A DNA stretch of 64,000 bases from an uncultured Chloroflexia bacterium (GTDB lineage: Bacteria; Chloroflexota; Dehalococcoidia; DSTF01; WHTK01): positions 206,894 through 270,893 of the forward strand of contig CAVTBL010000004.1 in the NCBI GenBank assembly GCA_963732945.1, written 5' to 3'. This document shows positions 21,801 through 30,982 of the stretch, in pieces. The notes below the pieces were generated by a model. That model was not told where the DNA came from, did no database searches, and worked only from the letters and a program-made list of their open reading frames with translations. Made by a program: the position numbers and the translations under genes. Position 1 is the stretch's first letter. Each line of letters begins with the position of its first letter.

Positions 21801-22102
21801 AGGCCGGCCAGCGCCGTCTCGATGCGCTGCCGCTCCTGCGCCGTGCAGTCGTCCTGAAGCTTCGCTTCGAGGCCTTGCCGCACGCGGTCGCGCAGCTCGG
21901 CCGCTGCCTTGTCCGTGAACGTAATCGCCACGATGCGCTCGACGCTGCGTCCTGCGAGCACCAGCGACAGGTAGCGCTGGACCAGCGCTGCCGTCTTGCC
22001 GGTGCCGGCGCCCGCTTCGACGAACAGCGTCTCGTTAAGCAGCGTCGCGATCTGGTCGCGCGCCAGCTTGTCCGCCAGGGCGAAGTCGGGCGTCGAGGTC
22101 AT
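18821..22102 (-). CDS. addA: ATP-dependent helicase/nuclease AddA (UvrD-like helicase + RecB-type PD-(D/E)xK nuclease)
   Basis: Walker A GAGTGKT, UvrD motifs, C-terminal nuclease (GYVDLLIE...IVDWKTD). ATG at 22102 overlaps the addB stop (ATGA); the ORF track uses GTG at 22141. Confidence 0.85.
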   Translation of the reverse strand: MTSTPDFALADKLARDQIATLLNETLFVEAGAGTGKTAALVQRYLSLVLAGRSVERIVAITFTDKAAAELRDRVRQGLEAKLQDDCTAQERQRIETALAGLDRAQISTIHAFGQMLLRSLAVRAGIDPAFEVEDAVAAERRFEERWRRYLDGLGSDRDAIDAVGRVLDLGLNTRNLQTLAHALWSHSELADKLRADPLTAPDDAAWPDLHALREDLVSLPMSHVPDDDRLLKQLRQARDMLEDLIATPREERDARLVALMSKAPQMKNGRQPNWGGKDRLEDARAVGLKIVSDLQATLDALRSRALADVLPLVVSFVIEETRARAREGRLVFDDLILRVRDALLNDRDARIDLRQRFDTILIDEFQDTDPLQADIALAFATNTENGLPEPGRLFVVGDPKQSIYRFRGADMAFYAGAKQTLEDAGARQIDLSLNRRSQPGVLDWVNAVFRGVIGPGLNEEVQPPYKDIGPFRHDDLAGPAVSWIGEALPIAASQVRQLEARHIAAHCRDAVAQGWQVAGRDGSVRPARYGDIAVLLPARTSLPPLERALAAEGIPYRVEGGSLVYATQEVRDLINCLTAIDDPSDDVAVVAALRSPAYACSDVEIARYRREGGSFNYLWPQLDAEHGRVAEALRDLRGWHAERRVRPLASLVERFIAARRLVEIGLVDSGNRNAFRRARFLVEQARSFEAGGPESLRALVEWLERRAGDAILDHEGAGLDDDEDAVRVLTIHAAKGLEFPIVFLMGLGTPPRADTPIFGHDLDTDRIAVRVGAVSRNAVFRLGPVEDVNQHERLHADAERDRLLYVATTRARDHLIVSLFHKDGTTYCAAAKLILHGAREHAEPLPPVDLAIAAPASPFATLDIEASDLDEDAFELERAALVTSARLQRYTSATALGRHGAEPEQEEREDETEPWSRGRAGTHLGRAVHAALQSLPWDADDAAIVAVANAQSVAEAVPQRAEEAAQLIRAALSTGAARRARGANRALREVPFALARDGVILEGYVDLLIESDDGIEIVDWKTDHIAPNAVEARLREYELQAGVYVLGIEAATGRSVSRVTYVFVSADREVAMPDPASLRDAALQRLAAEATPA

Positions 22103-25100
22103 GGCGTCTCTCCGCGCGCCACGTGGCCGACGCGCAACCACGGCTGCAGCGTGACGTCGCTCAGCTTCTCGATCAGCTCATCGTCGCGGCGGCGCGAGCA
22201 GATGCGGTTGAAGTCGCACCATGTACAGTTCTCCCAGCCGCCGTAGTACGTGTTCTCTTCGCCGGGGTTGGCCGGGAAGGCGCCGCGTTGTAGCCCTTCG
22301 AGGATCGCACCCAGGGTCTCGCGATAGCGGCGCAGGTTCTCGTCCGTGGTCTTGAACTCGCGCTGAGCGAACTCGGCGGCGCTGCTGATGAACCAGTAGA
22401 GCGGTGTCGCGTGCTCGACGCCCGGCACAGCTGCGAGGTAGACCGGCAGCTGTAGCCTGGTGCCGCCGGCCAGCGGGTCGTCGTCCTTCATGCCGTCGTA
22501 GCTGCTGGTGCCGCCCGTCTTGTAGTCGATCACCCAGGCGCTACGACCGTCGGGCGACCAGTCGATGCGGTCGACGATGCCGCGCAGGCGCAGGCCGGAC
22601 ACCTCCGTCTCCGGAATGTTGATCTCGAAGCTGCGCGGCACGGCGCCGGTCTCCTGCCGAAACGCCGTGTCCTGATCGAGGAACGCGGAAAGATCGGCGC
22701 GCAGCCGGCGTCGCTCGTGCTCGGAGAACACGTCGAGGCCGGTGCGCCCGCGCTCGTGAGCCTCGTTGAGGCGGCGCTCCAGTATGTTGAGCAAAGTGTC
22801 GCGGTCGCCCTCGTTCCAGGCCTCGTTGACGCGCGGGCGGCCGCTAGCCTGCTGCATCGTGAAGAACTCCTGCAACGCCGCGTGCACGATGGTGCCCTTC
22901 TCCGCCGGGTCGAGCATGTCGCGCTCCTCCGGCTCCTCTGGCGGGCGCAACCGCAGCACGGCGCCGAGGAAGTAGCGCATGCCGCAGGCGGCGTAGTACT
23001 CCAGCGTCGTCGGGGAGACGGTGCCGCGCGGGATCAGGTCTTCGCCGGCCAGCGCCGAGAGGTTGCCGTCGTACTCGCCGAAGCGTCCGCTGCGCCGCGA
23101 CCGCAGTAGCGTCAGCGCCGTCGCAATCGGCCGCGCGTCGAAGCTGCGACCCTCGCGCCGCGCGACGAGGCTGGCGCGGATACGCAGCTCTGTCGCGTCC
23201 AGCACCGGGCCGGTGAGCAGCGCCGCGAGAGGAGAGGCCGGGCGTCGCAGCCACGCGGTGGAGGCGGCGCGCCGCAGCTCGCTGGCGCTGCGTATCTCCT
23301 CGGAGCGCCTTTGAGATGCGCTTAACATAACCTGCGAAGGGTAGTGCTCGCGCCCGGCGCCCGCGGCCTGCAGCGGCGCCGTCCAGACGATGCGCTCCGA
23401 CGCCACGTTGGCGGCCCGAAGCGCCTGCTCGCGCGACCTCTGCGAGCGCAGCTCGGCGTCCTCGAGCATCGCGTGGCCGCGCGACTGCAGCGTCGCCCAG
23501 TGCGAGTCTGCGACCAGCGTTTCGGCCGGCGGACCGGCAGGGAACACGCCCTCATAGGCGCCGCAGACGATAGCGCGCCGGAAGGTCAGACCGGTTGCGA
23601 TGCGGTAGTCGGCGACCAGCACGCCCTCGCCCAGCGAGGCCTCGCGGTGGTAGGCGGCCTCGAGGTTGGCGCGCAGGGCGGCGGCAAAGCTATCGAGGCT
23701 GAAGCTGCCGCCGACCGCGTCGATCGTGCCGAGCTGCTCGATCTGCGCCAGAACCTCTGCCAGCGCCGCCGCATCGGGGTCGAGGTAGGCGTCGACGATC
23801 GCCTTGAACGCCTCGATGAACGTGGCCGCGGGCTGCGGTCGTCGCAGCGGCTCGAGTCGCGCCGTCAGGGCGCCAATCAGTGAACGTAGCTCCTGCACGC
23901 GCGCCAGCTCTGCCGCGTAGCGCTCGCGCCGCTCGTCGTCTTCGTGACGGTCCGCAATCTCGGCCTCGAGGTCCGTGATCAGCGAGCCGAGCCCGCTGTG
24001 CCAGCGCGCCGCGCCCTGCGTGATGCCTGCCTCGCGGGCCAGGCGTCGCCATACGGCCGGCTGCGCGACGACGTTGCCGTCTTCGGAGGGCAGGACGGGC
24101 CGCAGCGGCGCCAGGCTGAGGCAATCGATGGTCAGGGTGCGGGAGTAGTCGTGCACCGGCAGCTCGGCCAGCGCCAACACTCCGCGTCCGGCAGGCGTCT
24201 CGCTCAGCGGCGTGCCCGGCATCGCGGCGATCGGGATGCCGGCGCTCTCGAACGCCGCGTCGAGCAGCGCCCGGTACGACTGGTCGGCACCGTGAAAAAC
24301 CGCGACCTCGTGCAGGCCGCAGCCGTCGCGCAGCGCCTGCAGCACCTCGCGCGCCACCTCCCGCGCCTCACTGGCGGGGTCTGGGGCGAGTACGAAGCCG
24401 GTGTCGGCGTTCGAAGTCGCGTCGTCGACCGTCTTGTAGTGGGACGCGCCAACCGCCCGGCGCAGCGCCGTCAGCAGCCGCTCCGCGCCGGCGCTCAGGG
24501 CGCCCGGCGGCAGCGCATACACGTCGCCGAGCTCGTCGAGCAGGGCGCCGCGGCGCTCGTTGACGGCGTCGGTCGCCGCGTCGAGCAGGTCTTCGTCGTC
24601 GTAGAAGGCGCTCGAGGCGGCGCGGAACAGCCCGTACAGACGCACGACCTCGCCCAGAAGTCCGCTGCCCAGACCAATGGGCACCTCTTCGGCGCGCCGG
24701 AAGCCGCCTCGTCTGATGCGCTGGAACGTCTGGCGCAACACACGCGCGAAACCCGGCAGGTCGCGCACATCCGCCAGGTCGGCGCGCGCCTGACGCGCGA
24801 TCTGCGCGGCGAGGTAGTCGCCAATCGGGCGTGCGAGGGGAGCACGCCCCGCCTGTGCCAGGTCTCCGGCGCCCAGTAGTTCGGCGAGGCGCAGCAGCGT
24901 TTCGAAGCGCACTCCCGCAAACGGCCCGAGCTCGGCCAGACGGCGGCGCAGCTGAATCCCCGCGACGTGCGAGGGCACGATCACGGTTACGGGCGCCAGC
25001 GGGTCGCGCCGGCGCGCTCTGGCGATGTCGTCGAGGAAGGCGGGCAGGGCGGGCATCTGCTCCCGCAGCATAGCCATAATCGTCGCACGCGAAAAGCCGC

Positions 25101-25113
25101 AGTCGAGCCGCAT
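22099..25113 (-). CDS. addB: helicase-nuclease partner subunit AddB (inactive helicase-like N-terminal part, C-terminal RecB-type nuclease with Fe-S cysteines)
   Basis: C-terminal GIVDRIDW...VIDYKTG nuclease motif and a CxxC...C cluster. Start ambiguous: TTG 25206, ATG 25113, or ATG 25077. Confidence 0.8.
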   Translation of the reverse strand: MRLDCGFSRATIMAMLREQMPALPAFLDDIARARRRDPLAPVTVIVPSHVAGIQLRRRLAELGPFAGVRFETLLRLAELLGAGDLAQAGRAPLARPIGDYLAAQIARQARADLADVRDLPGFARVLRQTFQRIRRGGFRRAEEVPIGLGSGLLGEVVRLYGLFRAASSAFYDDEDLLDAATDAVNERRGALLDELGDVYALPPGALSAGAERLLTALRRAVGASHYKTVDDATSNADTGFVLAPDPASEAREVAREVLQALRDGCGLHEVAVFHGADQSYRALLDAAFESAGIPIAAMPGTPLSETPAGRGVLALAELPVHDYSRTLTIDCLSLAPLRPVLPSEDGNVVAQPAVWRRLAREAGITQGAARWHSGLGSLITDLEAEIADRHEDDERRERYAAELARVQELRSLIGALTARLEPLRRPQPAATFIEAFKAIVDAYLDPDAAALAEVLAQIEQLGTIDAVGGSFSLDSFAAALRANLEAAYHREASLGEGVLVADYRIATGLTFRRAIVCGAYEGVFPAGPPAETLVADSHWATLQSRGHAMLEDAELRSQRSREQALRAANVASERIVWTAPLQAAGAGREHYPSQVMLSASQRRSEEIRSASELRRAASTAWLRRPASPLAALLTGPVLDATELRIRASLVARREGRSFDARPIATALTLLRSRRSGRFGEYDGNLSALAGEDLIPRGTVSPTTLEYYAACGMRYFLGAVLRLRPPEEPEERDMLDPAEKGTIVHAALQEFFTMQQASGRPRVNEAWNEGDRDTLLNILERRLNEAHERGRTGLDVFSEHERRRLRADLSAFLDQDTAFRQETGAVPRSFEINIPETEVSGLRLRGIVDRIDWSPDGRSAWVIDYKTGGTSSYDGMKDDDPLAGGTRLQLPVYLAAVPGVEHATPLYWFISSAAEFAQREFKTTDENLRRYRETLGAILEGLQRGAFPANPGEENTYYGGWENCTWCDFNRICSRRRDDELIEKLSDVTLQPWLRVGHVARGETP

Positions 25114-25147
25114 TGACACGCAACCGGCGTCCGGCTTGAATCGAACC

Positions 25148-25732
25148 GTGGCAAGCGTCGACGACCGCCCGTTACGCGCCCGCCGGGGAGACCTCGCTGC
25201 CTTCAACGAGCTGGTCGTTGAGCACGAGTCGCAGGTCTATAACCTCTGCTACCGCATTCTCGGCGGCGCGCAGTCGGCGGAAGACGCCGCCCAGGAGGCC
25301 TTCATCTCCGCCTGGCGCAACATCGAGAGCTTCCGCGGCGAGTCGTTCAAGCCCTGGCTGCTGCGGATCGCCGCCAACCAGTGCCGCGATGAGCTGCGAC
25401 GCCGCGTCCGCCGCCCGGCCTCGTCTCTCGACAGTGCTCTCGAGGCCGGTGTGCCGGAACCTCCCGCCGCAGACCCATCACCGGAAGCGATGGCGCTCAA
25501 CGCGGAGCTGAGCCGTTCGCTGCAGACCGCGCTCGACCTGCTGCCGGAGGACCAGCGCACCGCCGTCGTGCTGTGTGACGTCGAGGGCCTCGATTACTCG
25601 GAGATCGCCGTCGCGATGAATACGTCGCTCGGTACCGTGAAGTCGCGCATCTCGCGCGCCAGACTCAAGCTCCGGGAGCTCATGCAGCGCGAACCGGAAC
25701 TTTTACCGGGACGATTTCGTCCTGAACAGTGA
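25148..25732 (+). CDS. ECF (sigma-70 family) RNA polymerase sigma factor
   Basis: region 2 (FNELVVEHESQVYNLCYRILGGAQSAEDAAQEAFISAWRN) and region 4 HTH. GTG at 25148 avoids overlap with divergent addB. Confidence 0.85.
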   Translation: MASVDDRPLRARRGDLAAFNELVVEHESQVYNLCYRILGGAQSAEDAAQEAFISAWRNIESFRGESFKPWLLRIAANQCRDELRRRVRRPASSLDSALEAGVPEPPAADPSPEAMALNAELSRSLQTALDLLPEDQRTAVVLCDVEGLDYSEIAVAMNTSLGTVKSRISRARLKLRELMQREPELLPGRFRPEQ

Positions 25733-25738
25733 GGAAGC

Positions 25739-26584
25739 ATGGGCTGGTTTAGACGCAGCGATCACCCGGAGGAACAGCTCTCCGCCTATCTGGACGGCGA
25801 GCTGAACGCGCGACAGGCAAGCGCCGTCGAGCGTCATCTGGCCGGCTGCGTGGCATGCTCGGCGCTGCTTGAGGATCTGCGCTCTGCCAAGTCGATGCTC
25901 GCTGCGATGCCGCGCGAGACGCCCCGACGCTCCTTCGTTCTTGGACCGGAGCATGCGCGCGAACGCATCCCGGCGCAGCCGCCACGGCGGTTCGCCCTGA
26001 CGTTTGCGCCCGCGATCGCTCTTACTGTGTTCGTGGCGCTGCTCGTCGTGGATCTCGGTAGCTTCACCTCCAACTCGGCCTCGTCTACTCACAACGAGTC
26101 GGCGGGAGCGCTGAAGACGACTGCCGACCGCCAGGCGGTGGCGACCGATTCGGCGGTGACTGCGCCGGCCGTTCAGGGCTTTACGCCGGAGACGCCCAGC
26201 GCGGGCGCCGGCGCGGCCCAGGCTCCGGCGCCCGGCACTCAGGGTTCGGCGCCTGCGGACGCTACGCCGCTAACGACGTTCGCAGCGCCGATTGCACCGA
26301 ACGCGAGCTCGCCCAACGGCGCCGTTCCGCCGCCCACGTCGGGCGTTACATCGGCCGGATCCGCTGCTTCCGCGTCGGGCTCCGCCGACTCGGGAGCGTC
26401 CGGGCCGAACGTGTTCGGCGCCGCCGAGACGCCTGCCGTTCAGCCGGTGGCGCAGCCCGCAAACGGCACTGGCTCCGGTCCATCCACGTTGCGCATTCTT
26501 GAAATATTCGCCGGCGCGGCCTTCCTGAGCTCGACTTTCTTCGTGTTCTTCTGGCCGCGTCTCAAGCTCAGGGGAGACAGCTGA
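25739..26584 (+). CDS. anti-sigma factor (zf-HC2 type) with Ala/Pro/Ser-rich extracytoplasmic region
   Basis: LSAYLDGEL...HLAGCVAC zinc-finger anti-sigma motif; one TM helix; lies directly after the ECF sigma gene. Confidence 0.75.
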   Translation: MGWFRRSDHPEEQLSAYLDGELNARQASAVERHLAGCVACSALLEDLRSAKSMLAAMPRETPRRSFVLGPEHARERIPAQPPRRFALTFAPAIALTVFVALLVVDLGSFTSNSASSTHNESAGALKTTADRQAVATDSAVTAPAVQGFTPETPSAGAGAAQAPAPGTQGSAPADATPLTTFAAPIAPNASSPNGAVPPPTSGVTSAGSAASASGSADSGASGPNVFGAAETPAVQPVAQPANGTGSGPSTLRILEIFAGAAFLSSTFFVFFWPRLKLRGDS

Positions 26585-26586
26585 CA

Positions 26587-27324
26587 ATGAAACGAAAATA
26601 CGTACTACTACCGCTGATCGCCGCCGTTGCGATGCTGGCGCTGGCCTGCAGCGGCAAAGGCGACACCATAGTCCAGACCTCGTCGCAGAACCTGACGGGC
26701 GTCACCGCCACTGGCGAGGGCAAGGTCACCGGCAAGCCGGACGTCGCGGTACTCACGGTGGGCGTGCAGGCAACGCGCACGACCGTCGAAGACGCGCGCT
26801 CTGCCGCCGCGACAGCGCAGACCGGCGTGATCAGTTCGCTGAAGTCGAACGGTGTCGCCGACAAGGACATTCAGACCGTTCAGTTCACGGTCCAGCCGCA
26901 GTACGACTACTCGAAGACCGGCACGCCGACGATTACCGGCTACACGGTGAGCAACGTCGTCACGGCCAAGATTCGTAACCTCGACAAGGCCGGCCCGGCG
27001 ATCGACGACGCGGTCAAGGCCGGTGGTAACGACGCCATCGTCCAGAGCATCGACTTCACGATCGACGACCCGACCGACCTCAAGAACCAGGCGCGCGAGG
27101 CCGCGGTCAAGGCCGCGAAGGCTCAGGCCCAGCAGCTGGCCGACGCAGCCGGTGAGAAGCTCGGTAAGCTGCTCTCGATCTCCGAGACCAGCGCGCCGAC
27201 GCCGATAACCCGCCTCGCGATCCCTCAGGCTGCCGGCGCCGCCGACTCCTCGGCTCAGACGCCGGTGCAGCCGGGTGAGCTCCAGATCACGGTCGACGTC
27301 TCGGTGGTCTACGCGATTCAGTAG
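26587..27324 (+). CDS. SIMPL-domain (DUF541) lipoprotein
   Basis: lipobox LALACSG; SIMPL-like repeats. Confidence 0.75.
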   Translation: MKRKYVLLPLIAAVAMLALACSGKGDTIVQTSSQNLTGVTATGEGKVTGKPDVAVLTVGVQATRTTVEDARSAAATAQTGVISSLKSNGVADKDIQTVQFTVQPQYDYSKTGTPTITGYTVSNVVTAKIRNLDKAGPAIDDAVKAGGNDAIVQSIDFTIDDPTDLKNQAREAAVKAAKAQAQQLADAAGEKLGKLLSISETSAPTPITRLAIPQAAGAADSSAQTPVQPGELQITVDVSVVYAIQ

Positions 27325-27347
27325 GTCGCGTCTTCAGACCGCCAATC

Positions 27348-27385
27348 GCAGGGGCGACCACCCGCACGGTCGCCCCTGCGCCTTT
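27348..27385 (+). terminator. putative intrinsic terminator (12-bp GC stem, 8-nt loop, weak U tract)
   Basis: GCAGGGGCGACC-acccgcac-GGTCGCCCCTGC followed by gcctttgcg, 24 nt after the SIMPL stop. Confidence 0.5.
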
Positions 27386-27482
27386 GCGTCGCGTTGCCCG
27401 TGTCCGGGGCCGCGGTTAGAATCGCTGAAATCGTAGGTGCGCCGCTTGTCGACGCCGGCGCCCGGGGAGCAGTCTCACGTCA

Positions 27483-28082
27483 GTCCTCAGCGACAGCAGC
27501 ATCCGCGAGCAGATCGGCGCCGGCCACCTGGTCATCGAGCCGTGGGAGGAGCGCTTCCTCCAGCCCGCCAGCATCGACCTGCGCCTCGGCCGCGAGTTCC
27601 GCGTCTTCCGCAACTACCGCCTGCCGTACATCGACGTGAAGCAGGAGATGTCGAACCTCACGGAGCTGATCTCGATCGACGAGAGCGCGCCGTTCATGCT
27701 GCATCCCGACGAGTTCGTGCTGGCCGTGACGCTGGAGCGCGTCGAAGTACCGAGCGACCTCGTCGGCCGCCTCGACGGCAAGAGCTCGCTGGGGCGTCTC
27801 GGGCTCATCGTCCACTCGACGGCCGGCTTCGTCGACCCGGGCTTCAAGGGCCGCCTGACGCTCGAGCTGCGCAACATCTCCAACCTGCCGATCACGCTGT
27901 ACTACGCGATGCCGATCTCGCAGATCTCGTTCATGCAGCTCACGACGCCCGCCGAGAAGCCCTACGGCTCCGAGTCGTCCAAATACCAGGGCCAGGAAGG
28001 GCCCGAGGCGAGCCGCTACTACCTCAATTTCCGCCACTCCCTGCCCTCGAGGCCGCACCGGCCGCGTCGCAGCGGTCAGTAG
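27483..28082 (+). CDS. dcd: dCTP deaminase
   Basis: VLSDSSIREQIGAGHLVIEPWEERFLQPASIDLRLG... dCTP deaminase fold. The frame is open from 27429, but no ATG/GTG/TTG precedes the conserved N-terminus, so the start is unresolved. Confidence 0.8.
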   Translation, partial: VLSDSSIREQIGAGHLVIEPWEERFLQPASIDLRLGREFRVFRNYRLPYIDVKQEMSNLTELISIDESAPFMLHPDEFVLAVTLERVEVPSDLVGRLDGKSSLGRLGLIVHSTAGFVDPGFKGRLTLELRNISNLPITLYYAMPISQISFMQLTTPAEKPYGSESSKYQGQEGPEASRYYLNFRHSLPSRPHRPRRSGQ

Positions 28083-28086
28083 TCAG

Positions 28087-29217
28087 ATGCAGCAACGCGG
28101 TCCCTCAGCGGCGATGCGCCAGGCGCTGGAGTTGGCGCGCGCCCAGGACGGCAACACCAGCCCCAACCCGGCCGTCGGCTGCGTCCTGATCAAAGACGGA
28201 ACGATAATCGGCGAGGGCGCCTACCAGGGCCCCGGCTCGCCGCACGCCGAGATCGCGGCCCTGCGGCAGGCCGGCAGCAAAGCCCGTGGCGCCACCGCCT
28301 ACGTGACGCTCGAGCCGTGCAGCCATCGGGTCTCACGTGATGGCACGCCGCGCACGCCCTGCTGCGACGCTCTAATCGACGCCGGCGTTGCGCGCGTCGT
28401 CATGGCGATAGAGGATCCTGATCCGCGCACAGCCGGCAAAGGCCGCGCCCACCTGATCACTGCCGGCATCGACGTCGAGACCGGCGACGGCGGTGCGGAA
28501 TCGTCGCGCCTGCTCGAGGCGTATCTCAAGCAGCGGCGCACCGGCATGCCGTTCGTGGTCGTCAAGTACGCCGCCAGCCTGGATGGTCGCATCGCGGCCG
28601 GCAGCGGCGACTCGCGCTGGGTCAGCGGCCCCGAGACGCTGCGCTGGGCACACGCCAACCGCCCCAGGCTCGACGCGATCATGGTCGGCGCCTCGACCAT
28701 CGCGGTGGACGACTCGCAGCTCACGGCGCGACCCGAGGGAGTATTGGCGCCGCGCCAGCCCCTGCGCGTCGTCGTCGACAGCACGGGGCGCATCCCGGTG
28801 ACGGCGAAGGTGCTGGCCGGCGAGTCGAAGACGCTGGTCGCCACGACTGAGCGCTCGTCCGCAGGCTGGCGCTCGAGCATCGAATCGACGGGCGCCGAGG
28901 TGCTCGTCCTGCCATCGGACGCCGACGGCCTCGTACCGCTGCGAGCCCTGCTCGAGGAGTTGGGGCGTCGCGAGATCCTGCTGCTGCTCTGCGAGGGCGG
29001 CGGCGTGTTGCACGGCTCGCTGTTCGATCAGCGCCTCGTCGACAAGGTGACCGCGGTGATCGCGCCGATGATCGTCGGCGCCGCCGATGCGCCGACGGCC
29101 GTCGCCGGCCGAGGCGCGCGCTACATGCGCGAGGCGCCGCGTCTGCGCGACATGACGGTCGAGCGCCTCGGCGAGGACATCCTCGTAACCGGCTACCCGG
29201 AGTGGCCGGAAGAATAG
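28087..29217 (+). CDS. ribD: bifunctional diaminohydroxyphosphoribosylaminopyrimidine deaminase / 5-amino-6-(5-phosphoribosylamino)uracil reductase
   Basis: deaminase HAEIAAL...LEPCSH zinc motif plus a C-terminal reductase domain. Confidence 0.9.
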   Translation: MQQRGPSAAMRQALELARAQDGNTSPNPAVGCVLIKDGTIIGEGAYQGPGSPHAEIAALRQAGSKARGATAYVTLEPCSHRVSRDGTPRTPCCDALIDAGVARVVMAIEDPDPRTAGKGRAHLITAGIDVETGDGGAESSRLLEAYLKQRRTGMPFVVVKYAASLDGRIAAGSGDSRWVSGPETLRWAHANRPRLDAIMVGASTIAVDDSQLTARPEGVLAPRQPLRVVVDSTGRIPVTAKVLAGESKTLVATTERSSAGWRSSIESTGAEVLVLPSDADGLVPLRALLEELGRREILLLLCEGGGVLHGSLFDQRLVDKVTAVIAPMIVGAADAPTAVAGRGARYMREAPRLRDMTVERLGEDILVTGYPEWPEE

Positions 29218-29333
29218 CAATTCGCCAATCGCAAGATTACGGTTAGCTGCGTGGCACCTCAGATGGCGCCTCGTTCACGCCGCCTCTCCTATCGTCGAAG
29301 CACAACCCGCTGTTCACAGCACGGAGGAGAGAT

Positions 29334-29927
29334 ATGAAAGAAGAACAGGTTCACGAGCTGCTCTATCAGGCCCTCGAGACGGAGCAGGGCGGCCAGAAGA
29401 TCTACAAGACCGCGATTGCCTGCGCTCAGAACGACGATCTGAAGGAGGAGTGGCAAAAGTACCTCGAGCAGACGCGAGAGCACGAGCAGCACGTCCTCGG
29501 CGTCCTGCAGGCGTTCGGCCTCGACCCGAAGCGCGAGACGCCCGGCCGCAAGGTCGTGCATCACCTCGGCGAGTCGCTGCTCAAGGCGATGCAGATGGCG
29601 CAGCAGTCCGGGACACCGGAAGCAGCGCAGCTCGTCGCAGCCGAGTGCGTCGTGCTGGCCGAGACGAAGGACCATCAGAACTGGTCGCTGCTCGCCGACG
29701 TCGGCGAAGTCATGCGAGGCGACAAGGCTCGCGCGATCAAGGATGCCGTCGCCAGGGTCGAAGGCCAGGAGGACGAGCACCTCTACCACACGCGAGGCTG
29801 GGGCCGAGAGCTCTGGATCGAATCGCTGGGTATGCCGGCCGTGCTGCCGCCGCCCGAGGAGGAGAAGCAGGTCAAGACGATGATCGGCGCCGCACGAGCC
29901 GAGCAATCCCGCGCCGATATGCTCTAG
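29334..29927 (+). CDS. ferritin-like/DUF892-like helical protein
   Basis: 197-aa acidic four-helix-bundle-like ORF, lower GC; GGAGGAG upstream of ATG. Confidence 0.55.
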   Translation: MKEEQVHELLYQALETEQGGQKIYKTAIACAQNDDLKEEWQKYLEQTREHEQHVLGVLQAFGLDPKRETPGRKVVHHLGESLLKAMQMAQQSGTPEAAQLVAAECVVLAETKDHQNWSLLADVGEVMRGDKARAIKDAVARVEGQEDEHLYHTRGWGRELWIESLGMPAVLPPPEEEKQVKTMIGAARAEQSRADML

Positions 29928-29957
29928 GACGCTGTCTATTTATTGACGATATGGCAT

Positions 29958-29997
29958 GTACGGATGATCATTAGTTATGCGACCGTATCATCCGTAC
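29958..29997. repeat. perfect 11-bp inverted repeat (GTACGGATGAT-N18-ATCATCCGTAC) in an AT-rich spacer
   Basis: read directly from sequence; lies 30 nt after the stop of the ferritin-like gene. Confidence 0.5.
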
Positions 29998-30364
29998 ACG
30001 CCAGACCAAGCTTTCTTGCTGCCCGCTCACTGGTGTCGGACAGCTCCCTGAAGATCGATCGCTCGATCAAGCTGCCGGTCTATGCTTCGGCTCTCGTTTC
30101 CGAAGTCTGGCTTGTCGACTTCACTGCCGAGGCCATCGAGATTACCGAGAACCGTCGGAGGGCCGCTATACGCAGACGCATGTCGTCGGTCGCGGTGAAA
30201 ACATCGCGCCGCTCGCCTTCTCCGGCGTAGCGATAGCTGTTAACGACATCCTCGGCTGAAGACCACCATCTGTCCTTAAACGGGCCGTTTGTCCGTTTGC
30301 CCGCTGGTCTTGTTGCCCTTAGGATCGCGTACACATAACGGGCGAATTCAGAGGCGGGGCTAAC

Positions 30365-30982
30365 GTGTTCACAGGTATCGTCGAAGAAGTAGGGACCGTC
30401 CGGTCGATTGCGCCGGGGCGTCTCGTAATCAACGCCAAGAAGGTCACCTGGGGCACCAACCTCGGCGACTCCATCGCGGTCAACGGCTGCGACCTCACCG
30501 CGGTCTACTTCGACGAGGACGGCTTCTTCGCCAACGTCATCGAAGAGACCTACAAGCGCACTAACCTTGGCGACCTCAAGGTCGGGGATCCGGTAAACCT
30601 CGAGCGCGCGCTGACGCTGGCCGGTCGCGTCGGCGGGCACCTGGTGCGTGGCGTGATCGAGCACACCGGCACGCTGGATAGCTTCACACCGCAGGAGCAT
30701 TCGGTCGAGGCGCGCTTCAAGGCGCCGCCGGAGATCATGCGCTACGTCATCGTCAAAGGCCCCATCGCGATCAACGGCGCTTCGCTCACCGTGATCGACC
30801 GCGACGACGAGGGTTTCTCGGTCGGGCTGATTCCCTACACTCAAGAACACACAAATCTCATGAACCTGAACCCTAACGATAGGGTAAACTTGGAATCAGA
30901 TATCATCGCTCGCTATGTCGAGCAACTGTTGGACGAACGTTACCTCGATACAGACTCCCGCCCGGCAGAAAGGCCCCTCTAA
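30365..30982 (+). CDS. ribE: riboflavin synthase
   Basis: MFTGIVEEVG... canonical riboflavin synthase alpha-chain N-terminus with duplicated lumazine-binding halves. Confidence 0.9.
   Translation: MFTGIVEEVGTVRSIAPGRLVINAKKVTWGTNLGDSIAVNGCDLTAVYFDEDGFFANVIEETYKRTNLGDLKVGDPVNLERALTLAGRVGGHLVRGVIEHTGTLDSFTPQEHSVEARFKAPPEIMRYVIVKGPIAINGASLTVIDRDDEGFSVGLIPYTQEHTNLMNLNPNDRVNLESDIIARYVEQLLDERYLDTDSRPAERPL

Noticed and set aside
29943-30230. 95-aa ORF with Uma2/DUF820-like C-terminal motif (EVWLVDFTAEAIEI)
   Set aside because: Too short and partial for a functional Uma2 endonuclease; treated as a possible pseudogene remnant, mentioned under the rib cluster finding rather than called as a gene.
30180-30364. 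Possible FMN riboswitch upstream of ribE
   Set aside because: Only scattered partial matches to RFN conserved blocks (GGTGAAA..., CCGGCGTAG); the characteristic AGTCTGGATG / GGATTC / GCCGACAGT blocks are absent on either strand.
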